A stretch of DNA of 64,000 nucleotides, from positions 1,513,746-1,577,745 of the forward strand of contig MU055549.1 in assembly GCA_013239625.1 (NCBI GenBank), read 5' to 3'. This document shows, in pieces, positions 13,270 through 25,699 of the stretch (positions within the stretch are counted from its first letter, which is position 1; the number at the start of each line of letters is the position of its first letter). The position numbers were made by a program, and so were the translations under genes. This stretch comes from Lama guanicoe. Lineage: Eukaryota. The notes below the pieces were generated by a model, which was given only the letters and a program-made list of their open reading frames with translations, made no database searches and had not been told where the DNA came from.

Positions 13270-14230
13270 AAAAATAAACTCCTACTTGTAGAAGAGTTTC
13301 AGATGTGCAGAATTATTGCCAAGGCAGTACAGACAGTCCCCTTTTCCTTCAGGCTCCGTTTGTCCTATTATTAACACCTGGTAGGCATGTGGTTCATTTG
13401 ACAAAGTCAGTGAACAAACGCTCACAGAACCGTTATTAACTGAAGTCCATGCTTTATTCACAGAGCCTCAGTTTCCCCCAATGCCCTTTTCCTGGCCCAG
13501 GATCCCACCCAGGAAACCACATGACATTTAGTCTCATGTCTCCTTAGATGCCTCTTGGCTGCGGCAGTTTCTCTGACTTCCCTCACCTTTGATGACCTTG
13601 GCAGCTTTGAGGAGCGCTGACCAGGCAGCCTGCAGAGTTCCCTGAGGCGAGACATGCTCTGCTCCTGACTGGACTGGGAGGAAGACCACAGGGCAGAGCG
13701 CCGTCCTCGTCACTCCCGAGCAGGGCTCCGCGCCGGCAGCAGGGCTCACCATCCTTCACGGTAACCTTGGTCCTATGGCCCGAGGAGGTGTTTGCTAGGC
13801 TTCTACCGCATAAGATTCCTCTTCTTCTTCCTCCTTCTCCAGCCCTAACTCTCTGGGTAGAGGCCCTGCGCCAGCCCGCCCGGAGTGAGTGGGGGCCCCG
13901 CCCGCCGCAGGGGCGGGCGGCCTGTGGGGGCTCCTTGGGAGCCTTTCACGCGGGAGGCTTCTCGACTTTCTTGTGTATCTGTGTCTGCATGGACTCGCTC
14001 AGCTCGCACCTTCGCTTATGGCCCAGGACTGCTTTATGGTGTTGCTTGTGCTGTTCCAGCTCTGGCCCCTGGGAGCTTCCCCAGGACTCCCGGCCCCTGG
14101 CGCCCCCATCACTGGGGGCTGCTGTCTCCCTGAGCATCTTCTCACTTTCTGGCCCTACAAGGTGCCCCAGGCTCATCTTGTGTGTTTCCTGCCACGGTCC
14201 TAGAATGAGCCGCATCTCCAAGACACGTCC
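13270..14230 (-). mobile_element. L1MC-type 3' UTR, antisense
   Basis: cccaggatcccacccaggaaaccacatgacatttagtctcatgtctccttag; tttgatgaccttggcagctttgaggag; ttctggccctacaaggtgccccaggctcatcttgtgtgtttcctgcc, all characteristic of L1MC3/4-like 3' ends. Confidence 0.7.
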
Positions 14231-15042
14231 AGCGGGCACTTCCAAGGTGCGCACGGAACCTGGGACCCCCTGAGCCCGTCCCTGCGGGCCATTTCATGGG
14301 CTTTAACGTGGAAGATCAGATACCTCAATATTGTTTGGAGGTCTGGCTGGGAAAATGCTTCCATCATCAATACTCTTTCTGGGCACGTGAGAATTTTATT
14401 CACCTGTTGGAAAGACCCTGTGATGTATTTTGAGACCGATTTTAAAATTATGTGCAGGAGTTGCCAGAGATCATAAAGAAAAGGAATAGGACCTAATGTC
14501 AGTAGGAAGGTTTTGCAGGAACCCATCCATCACTGTTTCCCAGATTGAACCATTTCTCCGTGGGGATAACCCGCTGAGAAACTGCTCCATTATCTTTATA
14601 TTGTGTTTCACCAAATGCCTAGAATCACTGACAGGTGTGCCCAAGCCAACACTTGCTGCCGTGTAAGCGTGTTGGCAAATGTGATAAGAATTGCGTTTTG
14701 CTTTTTTGAAATTCTATGCTCGTTTCAAATTTTTTTTAGAATTGCCACAGATCTTTGAAAAGTTATCTAGAATAGATGAGTTGTGCCTACTGGGTGGTTT
14801 TTTGAGGCTAAAACTGAGAAACACTGCTCTGAGAGACAGAGCTGCCCCAAACTTCGGCAGGGCGGTTTTTGTGTCGTAACATTAGGTGTGATGGTGACGA
14901 AGCCAGCCTCTTCTAGATTATCATGGATCACAAACCGTCTCAATTGCAGCGTTTAAAATTCTTATTCGACACCAGATCTTCATTCGTAGGTGCCGCGGTA
15001 AACGCTGGAGCGTGTTAATGCAGCAGCTTTTTTTTTTCCCAG

Positions 15043-15180
15043 AAATTTTAGGTTGCACAACCTCAGGGCACTCCCACTGAGTAATGGCAAGATAACTAAC
15101 ATAGAACCATTTTTGTATTTAAGCATAATTTTGTACTTTATAAACCAAAGTTTGTTTAATAAATACAAACCTTCCATCAG
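15043..15180 (+). other. Candidate orphan internal exon (138 nt)
   Basis: Polypyrimidine T10-cccAG acceptor ending at 15042 and CAG|GTAAGT donor at 15178-15186; length divisible by 3, one frame open. Confidence 0.3.
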
Positions 15181-16489
15181 GTAAGTTTATTTTTAGCTCT
15201 TTTCAAAATGAATAAGTAACAGTGTGCAGAGAAAACTGAATTTAATTTACTTGGATTTAAAAAAAAACTCCAGTAGTTTCTCTCATTCTCAAAAAAAAAA
15301 TCACTATTTATGGACTTTGGACAAAATACACTACTGTCTGGAAATTAATCAAATTGTAACAGTTATTAACAAGAAAGTGACATTCACGCGTATCAGAGAG
15401 CAGACTTTCAGACAAGATACGACCATAAAATGGTGACATTTATTTTCTCACATATTCAAACCTCTAAATCCAAGCAAGTTATGTTTTCTAAGTAACTCAC
15501 ACTGGGAACCAACATCTTTATTATAATAATGTCTTCTTTCCTTCCGAAGGCAGTTTAGAGCGAATTGTGCTGTCCTTCACGGCAAGTTTGTAGCCACAAA
15601 CACACACACCTCTTGTCACAACTAGTGCTGGTTAGAGAGGAATCTCCCAGCGTGGGAACCAGCCTGGTTTGTGAGCAAAATGGCAGCTTCCATCCGTCCT
15701 TCGCTCACATGGGAATTTGCTTCTTCTCACGTCCGGGGCTGAAGTTCTCGCCCCCACGAAGCCGGCTGTTCAGATGGGAAGGTTATCGCGAAACAAGTGT
15801 AACTTGCAAAGCGACTCCAGGAGGTGGAGTCAAGGTGTGGGAGGTGGGGAGCCCGGAGAGCCTCCCAGGCGGTGGCCTTGAAGCTGCACGCCGGCCGAGG
15901 GGCTGGCCTGCGAGAAGGGGCAGGGGCACGTCCGTTCAGAGGCCGGACTCTGTCTGGGACAGTGTGACCTCCAGCCTCACGCAGACACTGCTGTCACCAC
16001 CACCCAAAGGATCATGGGAGTCCTGAGACGGGCAAGAGGGTCCCCTGCCACCTTCTACTGGCCTCTCCTCCCTAAATCTGGACTTGAAGCTCCATCTGAC
16101 TTACCTTTTCCCAAGCTTCCCGAGGGCACTCCCGGTGGCAAAGCCTGGGGTATGGCCACACTCCTGCCGGGCCCCCACCTCAGCCGGATGCTCGGCACCC
16201 TGAAGGTTCCCACCTCCCCAGCCGTCCCCGTGTCCCCCACCAAGGAGATCCACCCCAGACAGGCCTCAGCACACACTCCCTCCTGGAGCTGACCGTCTTT
16301 CCTTTCATTTATTTCCCTGATGACGGCTGACGGCATCGCCACATGGGCCCCGTCTCTGTTTGAGGATCCTTGTGACTGAAGGCTGCCGCCCCGCATCCTT
16401 GACAGACGGGGTCCCACTCAGCCCTCACCCTGCTCTCCACTTGCTGGTGCTCAGGCCAGACGTGGCTGCTAGAGAGCTTCTCCACGACC

Positions 16490-17763
16490 GCTCTTCCCTG
16501 TGGTGAGAGCTCTCACCACGAGACGGGCCTCTCAGCGGGCTCTTCCATGTAAGAGCCGGAGCCGCGCCCGCAGTCATGGCGTTGCCTCTGAGACACACTT
16601 GTCTTGCTGCACTGAAACCTGAGACTCACTGAACAGCATCCCCACCCTCCTTCTTCCCCCAGCCCCTGGGAACCCCTCTTCTGCTCTGTTTCCATGAGTT
16701 CTTTTCTAGATTCCACGTGTCAGTGAACCATGTAGTATTGATCCTCTGTGTCTGACTTCTCACATAATATCCTCCAACTTCACCCATGTCATCACACAAT
16801 GCAGGAGTCCCTTCCTTTTTAAAGGCTGAATAATATTCCACTCTGTGTGTGCGCGCGTGTGCGTGTGTGTCTGTGTGTGTGTGTGCACGCACACGTGCAC
16901 ACACATACACCGCATTTCCTTTATCCATTCGCTGCTGGCATTTACACGGTTTCCGTATCTTGGCTTTATGAATGATGCTGCAATCAACACGGGGGTGTGC
17001 GTGTCTCTGACTTTCCCGCTTTCAGCTCTTTTGGGTCAGTACCCAGAGCGGAGAGGCTGGATCATGTGGCAGAGCTCTAGTTTTTGTTTCTGGAGGCGCC
17101 TCTCACTGCCTTCCGCAGCGTCGGCACGCGGGCTCTGATGTCTCTGCCTTCTCCCCAGCCCCTGCTCCTTTCCTTCCCTTTGGACGGCAGCCATCCAAAC
17201 AGGTGGGAGGGGGTGTCTCGCTGTTGTTTCACTTTGCCTTTCCCTGAGGCTTAGTGACGCCGAGCACTTTCTCATACACCTTTCGGCCACCTGCATTTCT
17301 TTGGCTAAATGTCTATCCAAGTCCTTGGTCCATTTCTATTTGGGCTGTGTGTGCTACTGCAATTAAGTTGTAAGGCTCTTGATATAATTTGGACATTAAC
17401 CCCTTATCGCGTGTCGCCTGCAGCCGCTCCCCCCAGTTTGCAGGTCGCCTTGTCGTTCTGTGCTGCGTTTCCTTTGCTTCCGTCTCCCCGGGGGCCTCCT
17501 ACTTCGGTCTGGGCCCGCTTGCCTGCTTCTTGCTTGTGGTGCCTGTGCTCCTGGTGTCCTCCCTGCGCGGTCACTGCTGAGACCTTCGGGACGTCAGGGA
17601 GCCTTTCTCCTGCCTTTTCTCCACAGAGGCTTGCGATCACGGCCGTGTGTTTAAGGCTTTCACAGCCGTGAGCTGACGTCCGTGTGTGACGCAGCGGAAG
17701 TGTCCGGCTTCATTCTTTTGCATGTGGATATCTGGTTTCCCCAGCATCATTTGTTGGAGAGAC
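16490..17763 (-). mobile_element. L1 (L1MA9/10-like) 3' part, antisense
   Basis: ccttcctttttaaaggctgaataatattccac; tggcagccatccaaacaggtgggagggggtgtctcgctgttgtttcac; cttcattcttttgcatgtggatatctggtttccccagcatcatttgttg; minus-strand ORFs give L1 ORF2 C-terminal-like peptides (MDRHLAKEMQVAERCMRKCSASL). Confidence 0.85.
16845..16910. repeat. Compound (TG)n/(CG)n/(CA)n microsatellite inside the L1
   Basis: tgtgtgtgcgcgcgtgtgcgtgtgtgtctgtgtgtgtgtgtgcacgcacacgtgcacacacatacac. Confidence 0.9.
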
Positions 17764-17903
17764 CAAAGCAGCATGGTGCCAGCATGAACACAGGCACACA
17801 GACCAATGGAACAGGACGGACAGCCCGCAAGTAAACCCACTCACGCAGGCAGGGCTTCGACAAGTGACCCGAGAGCACGCAGTGGGGAAATGGCAGCCTT
17901 TTC
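17764..17903 (+). mobile_element. Inverted 5' segment of the same L1 (ORF2, sense)
   Basis: caaagcagcatggtgccagcatgaacacaggcacacagaccaatggaacagg...ggggaaatggcagccttttc matches sense L1 ORF2 (aaaacagcatggtactggcataaaaacagacacatagaccaatggaacag...). Confidence 0.8.
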
Positions 17904-19709
17904 CTTTAGGAAGAAAACCTCTGCGCTTGTTGTGGATGCTGCTTAAAATGCGGGTTTTACTTGACTGTTTAGAGACATAAAGTAAATGAGTTACCCGGGG
18001 ACTCACGCGCGGCTTTGTCTCTGTGAACGCACAGTGACACACGAAGGCAGGGGTTTGACTCGGCATTTACCGCAACTGTGAGCTTCTAGAACAAGCAGGC
18101 AAGAGGAGGGAGGAGGGAAATTCAACTTACTCTCCAGGACACGCATTGACCACTGGCGTTTTACTGCCACCAGGCACTTCCGGGACACACTTGGTCACAC
18201 GTGTGACCTCTTCAGAGAGCCCACCGCCTGTCAACAAACCCACCGCCCTCAGCCCAGCAGTCAGGGTCCAGCACACCACGCCCGGCCACAGGATCTACCG
18301 GTAGGTTGTGTTGAGAACAAGCTGGAAAAGCCACCAGGGGTTGAGCCCAGGGCCCAGGACATAGCAGGGGTCCACGAGCGTGACCTCGCAGGCACTGTCT
18401 TCAATACACGCTTACCCTCTGAACACGGGCAGACAGCAGAGCTGCGGGGGCGACCTGCGCAGAGCAGAGCGCTTCTCGCGCAGGGGCCCAGCCTGCTCAG
18501 CGCTCGCTGAAGTCACCAGGGGATTAGAATAAACCTCAGACTCACAGTCTTGATTGATCTGATCATTTATTCTGCATAATCAGGAGGAGTGTGTGCTCTA
18601 GCTCCCAGTTAGCGATGCGGGCGGCTCAGCCAGAACCCTTCTCCCTGTTCCCATCTGCCGGTTGGCCGTACATCAAAGCTTGGGTGTATTCGAATGTGGC
18701 TTAGCTCAACGTCATGGGTTACAGCCGCCTCCTTGGGGAAGAACAGCCCAAGCAGCTGTCAGATTCCGGGAGAGACAAGCTCTGCCACCTGCGGGGCGGG
18801 GCCTGTGCGATGCTCCCCGTGTTGTTTTATGTAATTGTCCCGGTGACCCCAAGATGAAAGTTTCGCCTTTGCTCCTCCTCATGAGGGAATAGGGACCGAC
18901 AGCAGTAAGAGTTTGCCCGCAGCCACACGACTCCACGCAGAGAGCTGTGGTTTAAGCCCAGGTGGTCAGACTTGAGAGCCGTGCTTCCAGACTCTGCGCA
19001 CACTGCTCCCCTACGTAATTACAGACATCAATGCCCACTTGCCTGCAGAGTCGGGCCCACAGCCTAGAAGCAGAAGAGGGGATGCCGGTGGCCGTGGGCT
19101 CGGCGCCAGTGGCGACGGAGACGCGGCGGCAGCTTTCCTTTCTCCTGCAGGCGACAGGTTCCTGCTTCCTTCGGCGCAGGAAGCGCTCCATCTGCACTGG
19201 CCCCTGGGATGCCGGAGCGTCACAGGCCTGTGACTGTATTCACTCTGAACTTCTGCGTCGATATTTATCCTCCATCTCAAACAGCCTCCTGCTATTCATG
19301 GTGGTCTGTGTCCCTGGCGTCCACCCTTGTCTGTCATCATGTGACGCACCTTTACCACATCCCTGTTCACCCCAGCACTGGCACCTTCCAGCAGGCTGGT
19401 CAGTGGGAACCACTGTGTTAAAGTCCATTTAGGAGGCCTTCCGGGACGACCTGTGGCGCCCTCTGGGAGGGGTGGGGTGAGGGAGCGGGACCGGGAAGCA
19501 AGGTAAGAGGATGGACGCTGCAACGTCCTAAAGACGGACGGCGAACCGCCACTTGAGGAGCGGCGTCAGGCACAAGCACGTTGGGAAGCCCAGGAGAGGT
19601 GGGGGGTGGAACGGAGAGGCACACTGGCTGGGGCGGGAGGAGGAGGGCGTGCGGGCGACAGGGGCCTCGTGGGTGGTGGCCCTTTACTGAGAAGGCAGCT
19701 CCCCCGGGG

Positions 19710-20150
19710 CAGGGGCCTGGCCTGTGCATCATTCCTGTGCCCCGCGCGCCCAGAGCAGGTGATGGCAGGCCTTCCAGCAATATTCGCTGAGTGTTAAGTG
19801 AAATGTAAATAATGGAGGAGGAAGAGGTTTGAAGAAAAGTGCCAAGAGACTATTTTGGGGCACTTTATTTAAATGTCTCCGCGGCATTTCAGAGTGGGGA
19901 CGCTGGAACTGCGTAGCGCTCAGAAGAGCGGCGCGGGGGACACGGAAGCCCTGGGCCCAGCGTCCTGCAGGCGGAGTCTAGGGACAATGCGGCCTGAGGG
20001 GAGCAGGGAGAGTGCAGAGCGAGGAGAAAGGCCCCCTCCCCCGGAGCCTCCATCTTGGAGGCTCAGGTTGGGAAGAAAGCCCAGGGGAGGGTTTGCGCGG
20101 GAGGCGTGGGGCAGGGGAGAGACAAACCAAGAGCGTGGGACGTCTTAGAG
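19710..20150. mobile_element. L2 fragments (3' end on + at ~19710-19805; antisense body at ~19870-20150)
   Basis: cagcaatattcgctgagtgttaagtgaaatg (L2 tail-like); gggagagtgcagagcgaggagaaaggcc...ggaggctcaggttgggaagaaagccc (antisense L2-like). Confidence 0.4.
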
Positions 20151-23100
20151 GAGACACAGCTCCTGCTGCGAGAAGGGGGCCGAGAGGCCGAGGCGGGGCT
20201 GCCCATCGGGTCTGGCACCTCGGCCGTGTCGCTGCCCTCCCGTAAAAGGGGACCCGGAGCCGCCAGGGGGCCAACCCGAGGGCAGGGCCTGGCGAGGTGA
20301 TGCTCGAAGAGGGAGGCTTCGGGACTGTTGTCAGAGCCGGTTCCTGCTCCGATACAACAGACGGGCCCACGGTCCCCGGGGCTAATTCCTCGCATCCCAT
20401 TATCATCTGCAAAATGAGGGATTAGAGAAACAAAATCAACTCTCTCTTCCGACACTTGTGTCCGTGACAATGACAAAGGGGTCTACTTGTTTGCTCTGCT
20501 TTCCATTCCACTTGCTTCTACAGACTTTGTGACCAAGCTTTGCTGCCCCCAAACACTGAAGTGAGGGATTCTGCACCGAATGCTTCCGGGTGACTGGAGT
20601 TGGCTGCGTCGGCAACCTGGTGGGCTGGGCGGAGAGCGGGAAGCAAACCACAAGCAGGTTTTCTTTCGCGTCCACTCAGGGCCCATAGAGGGTCCCTCGG
20701 GTCGAGGTTCTGCGGTCACCACTGTCACCCGCACACACCAGGCAGCGCCTGAACCGATGAACGCCGGACCAGCCCGGGACCCGTGGGCTGTGTCAGAGCC
20801 TGGGCTCCACCCACGTCCCGCACTCTGTCCCTCGGGAGTGGCCAGTAAGACGATGATCTGCACATGTCCCCGGACACAGCCACTGTCACAAGGTGTGACC
20901 TGGGAACTCCGTCCGGCTGGGCCCTGGCTCTCAGCCTGGCAAGGGGAGGAGAGAGAAGGGAAGTACTCCAGCGTCTCCGGAGAAATGGAGAGCGGAATGC
21001 CAGCCACGCTGATGCCCAAACCCACACCATCCTGAGGGTCAGCCCTTTCTCCGCTGGTGGAAACATGAAGATGAATTCTGCAGGCTCTTAACCGCGGGAG
21101 TTATTAGTGCTGCAGTCAGCCGAAATTAGTTTTATGTAGTGAGCACGATGGCACGAGCTTTCTAAGCACAGCTCCTGTCAAACCCGTCTTTTGAGTTGCA
21201 GCTGCAGAGCACACCCGCGAGCAGACACGCTGGGCCCTGTTGGAGACACTCTGTCCCCACAGAGCCAGGGCCTGTCTGTCCGCACAGGATCTGTCTGGGC
21301 ACCACGTGTCCTCCCACTGGCTCCTTTTCTCCCATTGGCGTTTCCAAATGTATTATTTTTTTCTGCAAAAGAAAGCTCTGATCATAAAAAAGAAACGGGC
21401 TGAGAAATTAGATGGAAACTAACGTCAGCTCCATCAGGGAACTCGGCCCCGAGGACTCCGTTTGCAGGTCCTGCCTGATTCCCCTCAGTGCCCCTGCACA
21501 GGGTGCTTCGGGAGCCGTGTCCACGGATCCCCGCAGCCCAGGAGCTACGCAGAGTACGGGGGTGCACCAAGGGCCCTGGCAGGACCACAGAGCTCCAGAG
21601 GCAGCGAGACCTGCTCTGAGGCGGCTCCGGGTGCCTCACCTTGGATGGAAGTGAAGGGCTTCTGGGCCGTTGAAATCTAACAACCTGCTGGAGGAGGGAG
21701 GGAGCTGAGTGGTGGACCAGTCAAGCTTGACCAGGGACAGTGAGTCCCTCCCCCACCAGCCGCACAGCAGGTGTCCTGAAGCCCAGGCTCTCTGTTCTCC
21801 AAGCCTCTCCTCTTCCTCTGAGGGGGCCCATCCTCCTTTCACCCCCATCCAAAGGTGCCCTGTGCAGCACGGGCCCCGGCAGCCACCTGCCTGTCTTCCA
21901 GCAACGAAAGGTTTCCCGGTGGCCTGATAGAACCGGTGTGAGAGGCACCCCAGCAAATTCCCCGAGAGCCTCATACCTCAGAGCTCAAAGCTCAGAGCCT
22001 CCACCTGCCCGATGCTGAGAGCTGCCCCGGGGAGTCTGCTCTCAACTGCATTTTTCCCGATTACATATTTGTATCTGGATGAGTCTGGGAAGGTCTGAAA
22101 ATAACATCCCTGGCCTTGAACGACTGCTCGCGCAGTGAGACTTGACAGGGACCCGTGCATTCAGTGTGGGCAGTGACGAGCGAGAGTGTGTGTAACAGAG
22201 CACGGCGCCTGCACAGGCCGCTGCTCCTGGCTGCACGCAGCTGTCAGTGCAGGGCCCGGGCCGAGGCAGCCCCGCACACGCTGCCAGCCGTTCCTCCCCA
22301 GAAGTGGTGGTGATGAGGGCGTCCTGTCCCCTGTCGCTCTGCCTCCTCCCTGCACCAACCTGTTCTGCGGGAAATGCTGACCACAGAGAACCGTCTTCGT
22401 GAGCAGGTCACTCACTTGCAGGAGCTCTGCCCTTTCTCTTCTTCACCTGAGGAGGCTCCTGCCTGATGCTGAGAGTCTCTCTCCCCTGGCTACCTAGCGC
22501 CCCCGGCGCCCGGGCACCTGGACTCCCAGTGCTGCGTCGTGTGGATGCCGGGCCTGTGGCCGAGCTCGCTGCAGGCTGAGCTGGTTCTAGGTGCAGACGG
22601 TGGGACGTGGTTCCTGACCTCATTTTGCTCATTCATTTGTTCATCGAGGAAGAAGACACTGGCACCTCAGGTGGTAAGAACCCCAGGTGTGACACAGTGG
22701 CACTGCGGGTGTTTGGCCATCCACATCATCCACGTGGAAGTTCCGCCAGTCTCTTAGGAAGGTCTCGTCCCTCTGGACCAAGGAGGGAGGACCTCCAGGG
22801 CCAATGGGAAGGTGGCTGGATCACCTCCATGGACACACTCAGCTCAGATGGGCTCTGAGTCCCTGATGGAAACAGAAGCTCTGCTGTCAGGTCCCAGCCC
22901 ATCTCAGCTACAGACGCTCAGCCAGCTCTGGGTGGTCCTAGGGAGCCTCCAACAGAACGAGTCTGAGATGCACCTTCCATGGCCGTCCAGGTGTCAAATC
23001 CATTTTAGAGAGCCAGCATAACAGAAATGTTTACAATGGAAATGTTGTGTTCTTAGTTAACTTTAGGAAAACTTTGAAAACATCTCCATATTATGCTGGT

Positions 23101-23159
23101 TTCTGTGAAAAAGGTCAAAAAACAAACACTAGTAATTTTATATTATTTGTTCTAACTTA

Positions 23160-23620
23160 AAACTATAAAGTGATGAACTTCTTTGCTGAATGAGAGAATG
23201 GTTTTGAATGCTGGAAGAACACTTCTGCAATGTTTGTGCAGTTCAAAATGTAACGGCTGCGGATGAAACATACTTTCATGTTTAGTCTCTGCTATTAACC
23301 TTTCCTCTGTCACTCTGTTGTCTAGGAAATGAACAGAACAATAAATAAAGCCCCGGTTTGTAACTCGCCCACTTCTGTGCTGTAAACTCTCCCCTATGAC
23401 TGCTCTCGGATTTGAAGCTACCAACCTGGCATCGCTGACAGGGACAGAAAGAGGCGTGTGACAGCACGCCCACCACGCGGAGGCCGGAGGTGCGCAGAGC
23501 CCCGCGGGCAGACAGACGGTAAAATACGAAGAAATAAGTGGGAAGTGATGGGCTTTGGGTATTTGCTATCTTTGTTTTTAATATGACTTATTTAATAATA
23601 AGTTATATATGCTAGTTTCT
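23160..23620 (-). mobile_element. hAT-Tip100-class DNA transposon fossil (Zaphod/Arthur-like)
   Basis: Reverse strand reads aaaaacaaagatagcaaatacccaaagcccatcacttccc...ggttggtagcttcaaatccgag...ttacaaaccggggctttattt...gcagccgttacattttgaac...ttcagcaaagaagttc, collinear with a recalled hAT-Tip100 consensus; subfamily uncertain. Confidence 0.55.
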
Positions 23621-24021
23621 GATCATGGCTGTATTTCACACTTGGATCGCAAAATTCCTACGGACTTGGCAGGCTTGCAAGCTGGCCCGAGCTGGCGCCA
23701 GCTCATGAAGCCCTCCTGCTTTGGCTCCAGGCTGAAGGCACACGGGCTTCTTGGGGTATGCTCTCTTACAGTGGACGCAGGAGGCCCAAAAGGACGCACC
23801 GTGCTTCTTATAGGTGTCCGCTCGGAACTGGCACACCCTCTCTTCCTCCCAAGTTGCACAGGCCAGAGCAGATCACCTGACCTGGCCTGAAGTCTGTGGG
23901 ACAGGGAGGGAGAGCTCGCCACAAGCGGAGCCACGGTAAGATGTGGAGGAAAGTTTCAAACATACACTCACATTTCGGATGACCCTTTAGCTGGGTGTGA
24001 AATCTCAGGTTGCCATTACTT

Positions 24022-24075
24022 TTACGACGCCAGCCTGACAAAAATGAAGATCATTTGGTCTTTACTGCTAACTGG
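24022..24075 (+). repeat. 54-bp direct repeat, copy 1
   Basis: ttacgacgccagcctgacaaaaatgaagatcatttggtctttactgctaactgg; 50/54 identical to 25382-25435. Confidence 0.95.
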
Positions 24076-24089
24076 ATTTTTTGAGGACA

Positions 24090-25400
24090 ATAGTGTCCTC
24101 TGATATCTACTGTTGAGGATGAGAAATTCATTCTCAATCTAATAATTTTTAAGGCAGTTTTCCTTTCTTTCTAGTGGTTTTAAGGACATTTTCTTTACTC
24201 CTGACCCGCATTTTCACGATTAGCTTAAATATAGGTTTATTTTTTCCCTGCTCCATATTTGAAGGAACCATACTTTTCATCAAATCTGGAAACCTCGCAG
24301 CTGTTAGCATTTTATATATTGTCGCCACATAATTCCTTCCAGAATCTCTTTTAAGAGTTGAACCCTATTTATCCATCTTTCTTTGCAGAATTTTATTTGA
24401 ACTCTGAAGTTCTGTCTTACATTTCTTTTGACTGTATCTCATGTGGAATTGATTAGTGTAGACTGATCTACTGAAATTACAATTTAATTGCCTATATTAT
24501 TCATTTCCAAGATTTATTATTGGTTCATTTTTATACTTAATTTTTTTTTGTTTTACTTCTTTCTGATTTAATTTAAAAATTAATTAATTTTGAGTGAACA
24601 TTCTTTATCTTCATTTAGCCTTTAAGCACCTTAAATAAAATTATTTTAAAGTACTTTCTAGCATTTTGTAGAAGGATTTATCATCTGGAGTAAATCATGG
24701 GGCAATTATTGATTTGGGGGCTTTATTTCTAAGCCTTTACATTTCTAACGTGATCTGGGTTTGGGTTTGGAAGGGAAGCTTTCTGTTTGACTGGTTTTAT
24801 TGCTTCACTGTTTCTCTTGCCTCTGTATTTACTCTTCTAGCTGTCGTGGTTACGTCTGGGTCCTCAGTCAGGAGCCATGTCTCCAAGGGGAGGCTCAGGG
24901 TCTCAGTCACGAGGTGATGCTGGGACTATGACAGACCCAATCACCACGCTGGGGAGCCGTCTTGCTGAGCTCAGGTTATAAGGATGCGTCTGTCTTCCAG
25001 CCTGTTTGCACCTTGGCTGGCCTTCTCTGGGGCCTCAGGCAGCATTCTGTGATGTTACGTTCAGGCTTGCTGGGCGGTGAGGGGGCCCCATTCCACACCC
25101 CGGCTTTAGCACTAACCTGACTCTGATGCCGCGTCCCCCGTGCAGTATGTTTAGTCCTCTTTGGTCTGTACAAGCCAAACTCCTGCAGCCGCCTGACCCC
25201 GTGCCTGGAGCCCAGGAGCCCCAGGGCTTCATCCCTGCTGGCTGCTCAGTATTTCTGCCGGTTCACAACACAAGATTTATCTTGCTTCTGAGCCCTGAGC
25301 TGGCTTTCTACTTTCTTCTTTTTATGTTTCATCTATTATTGCTCTGTTTTGAGGGCAAAAGGGATGCATCAAAGCATAAACTTACGATGCCAGCCTGACA
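24090..25400 (-). mobile_element. Ancient L1M/HAL1-like 5' region, antisense
   Basis: tctgatatctactgttgaggatgagaaattc; ttttcatcaaatctggaaacctcgcagctgttag; T-rich; ends in gcatcaaagcataaacttacgatgcc, resembling an antisense old-L1 5' terminus. Confidence 0.5.
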
Positions 25401-25435
25401 AAAATTAAGGTCATTTGATCTTTACTGCTAACTGG
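25382..25435 (+). repeat. 54-bp direct repeat, copy 2
   Basis: ttacgatgccagcctgacaaaaattaaggtcatttgatctttactgctaactgg. Confidence 0.95.
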
Positions 25436-25699
25436 CCTGGATGGTTCCTGAGCCTTGAGAGTAATCTTTGTAGTGATGTGAGAACAAAGCGAAACCACGT
25501 GAAACTGCCTTGTATGTATTTAAGTCAAAGCTGACTGTCTCACGAGGCATTTGGGGAGCTGGTGCCAAGGTACGCTTTGAAGAGGCGGGGCATGGTTGCT
25601 CTTTGTTTAACCGCAAAGAGCTCCAGGAAATTAAGGAAAAGGACACAACATCAAGCTCAGTTTCAGTAGTCATTTAAAAAGAGAACAAGTGAGAGCTGC

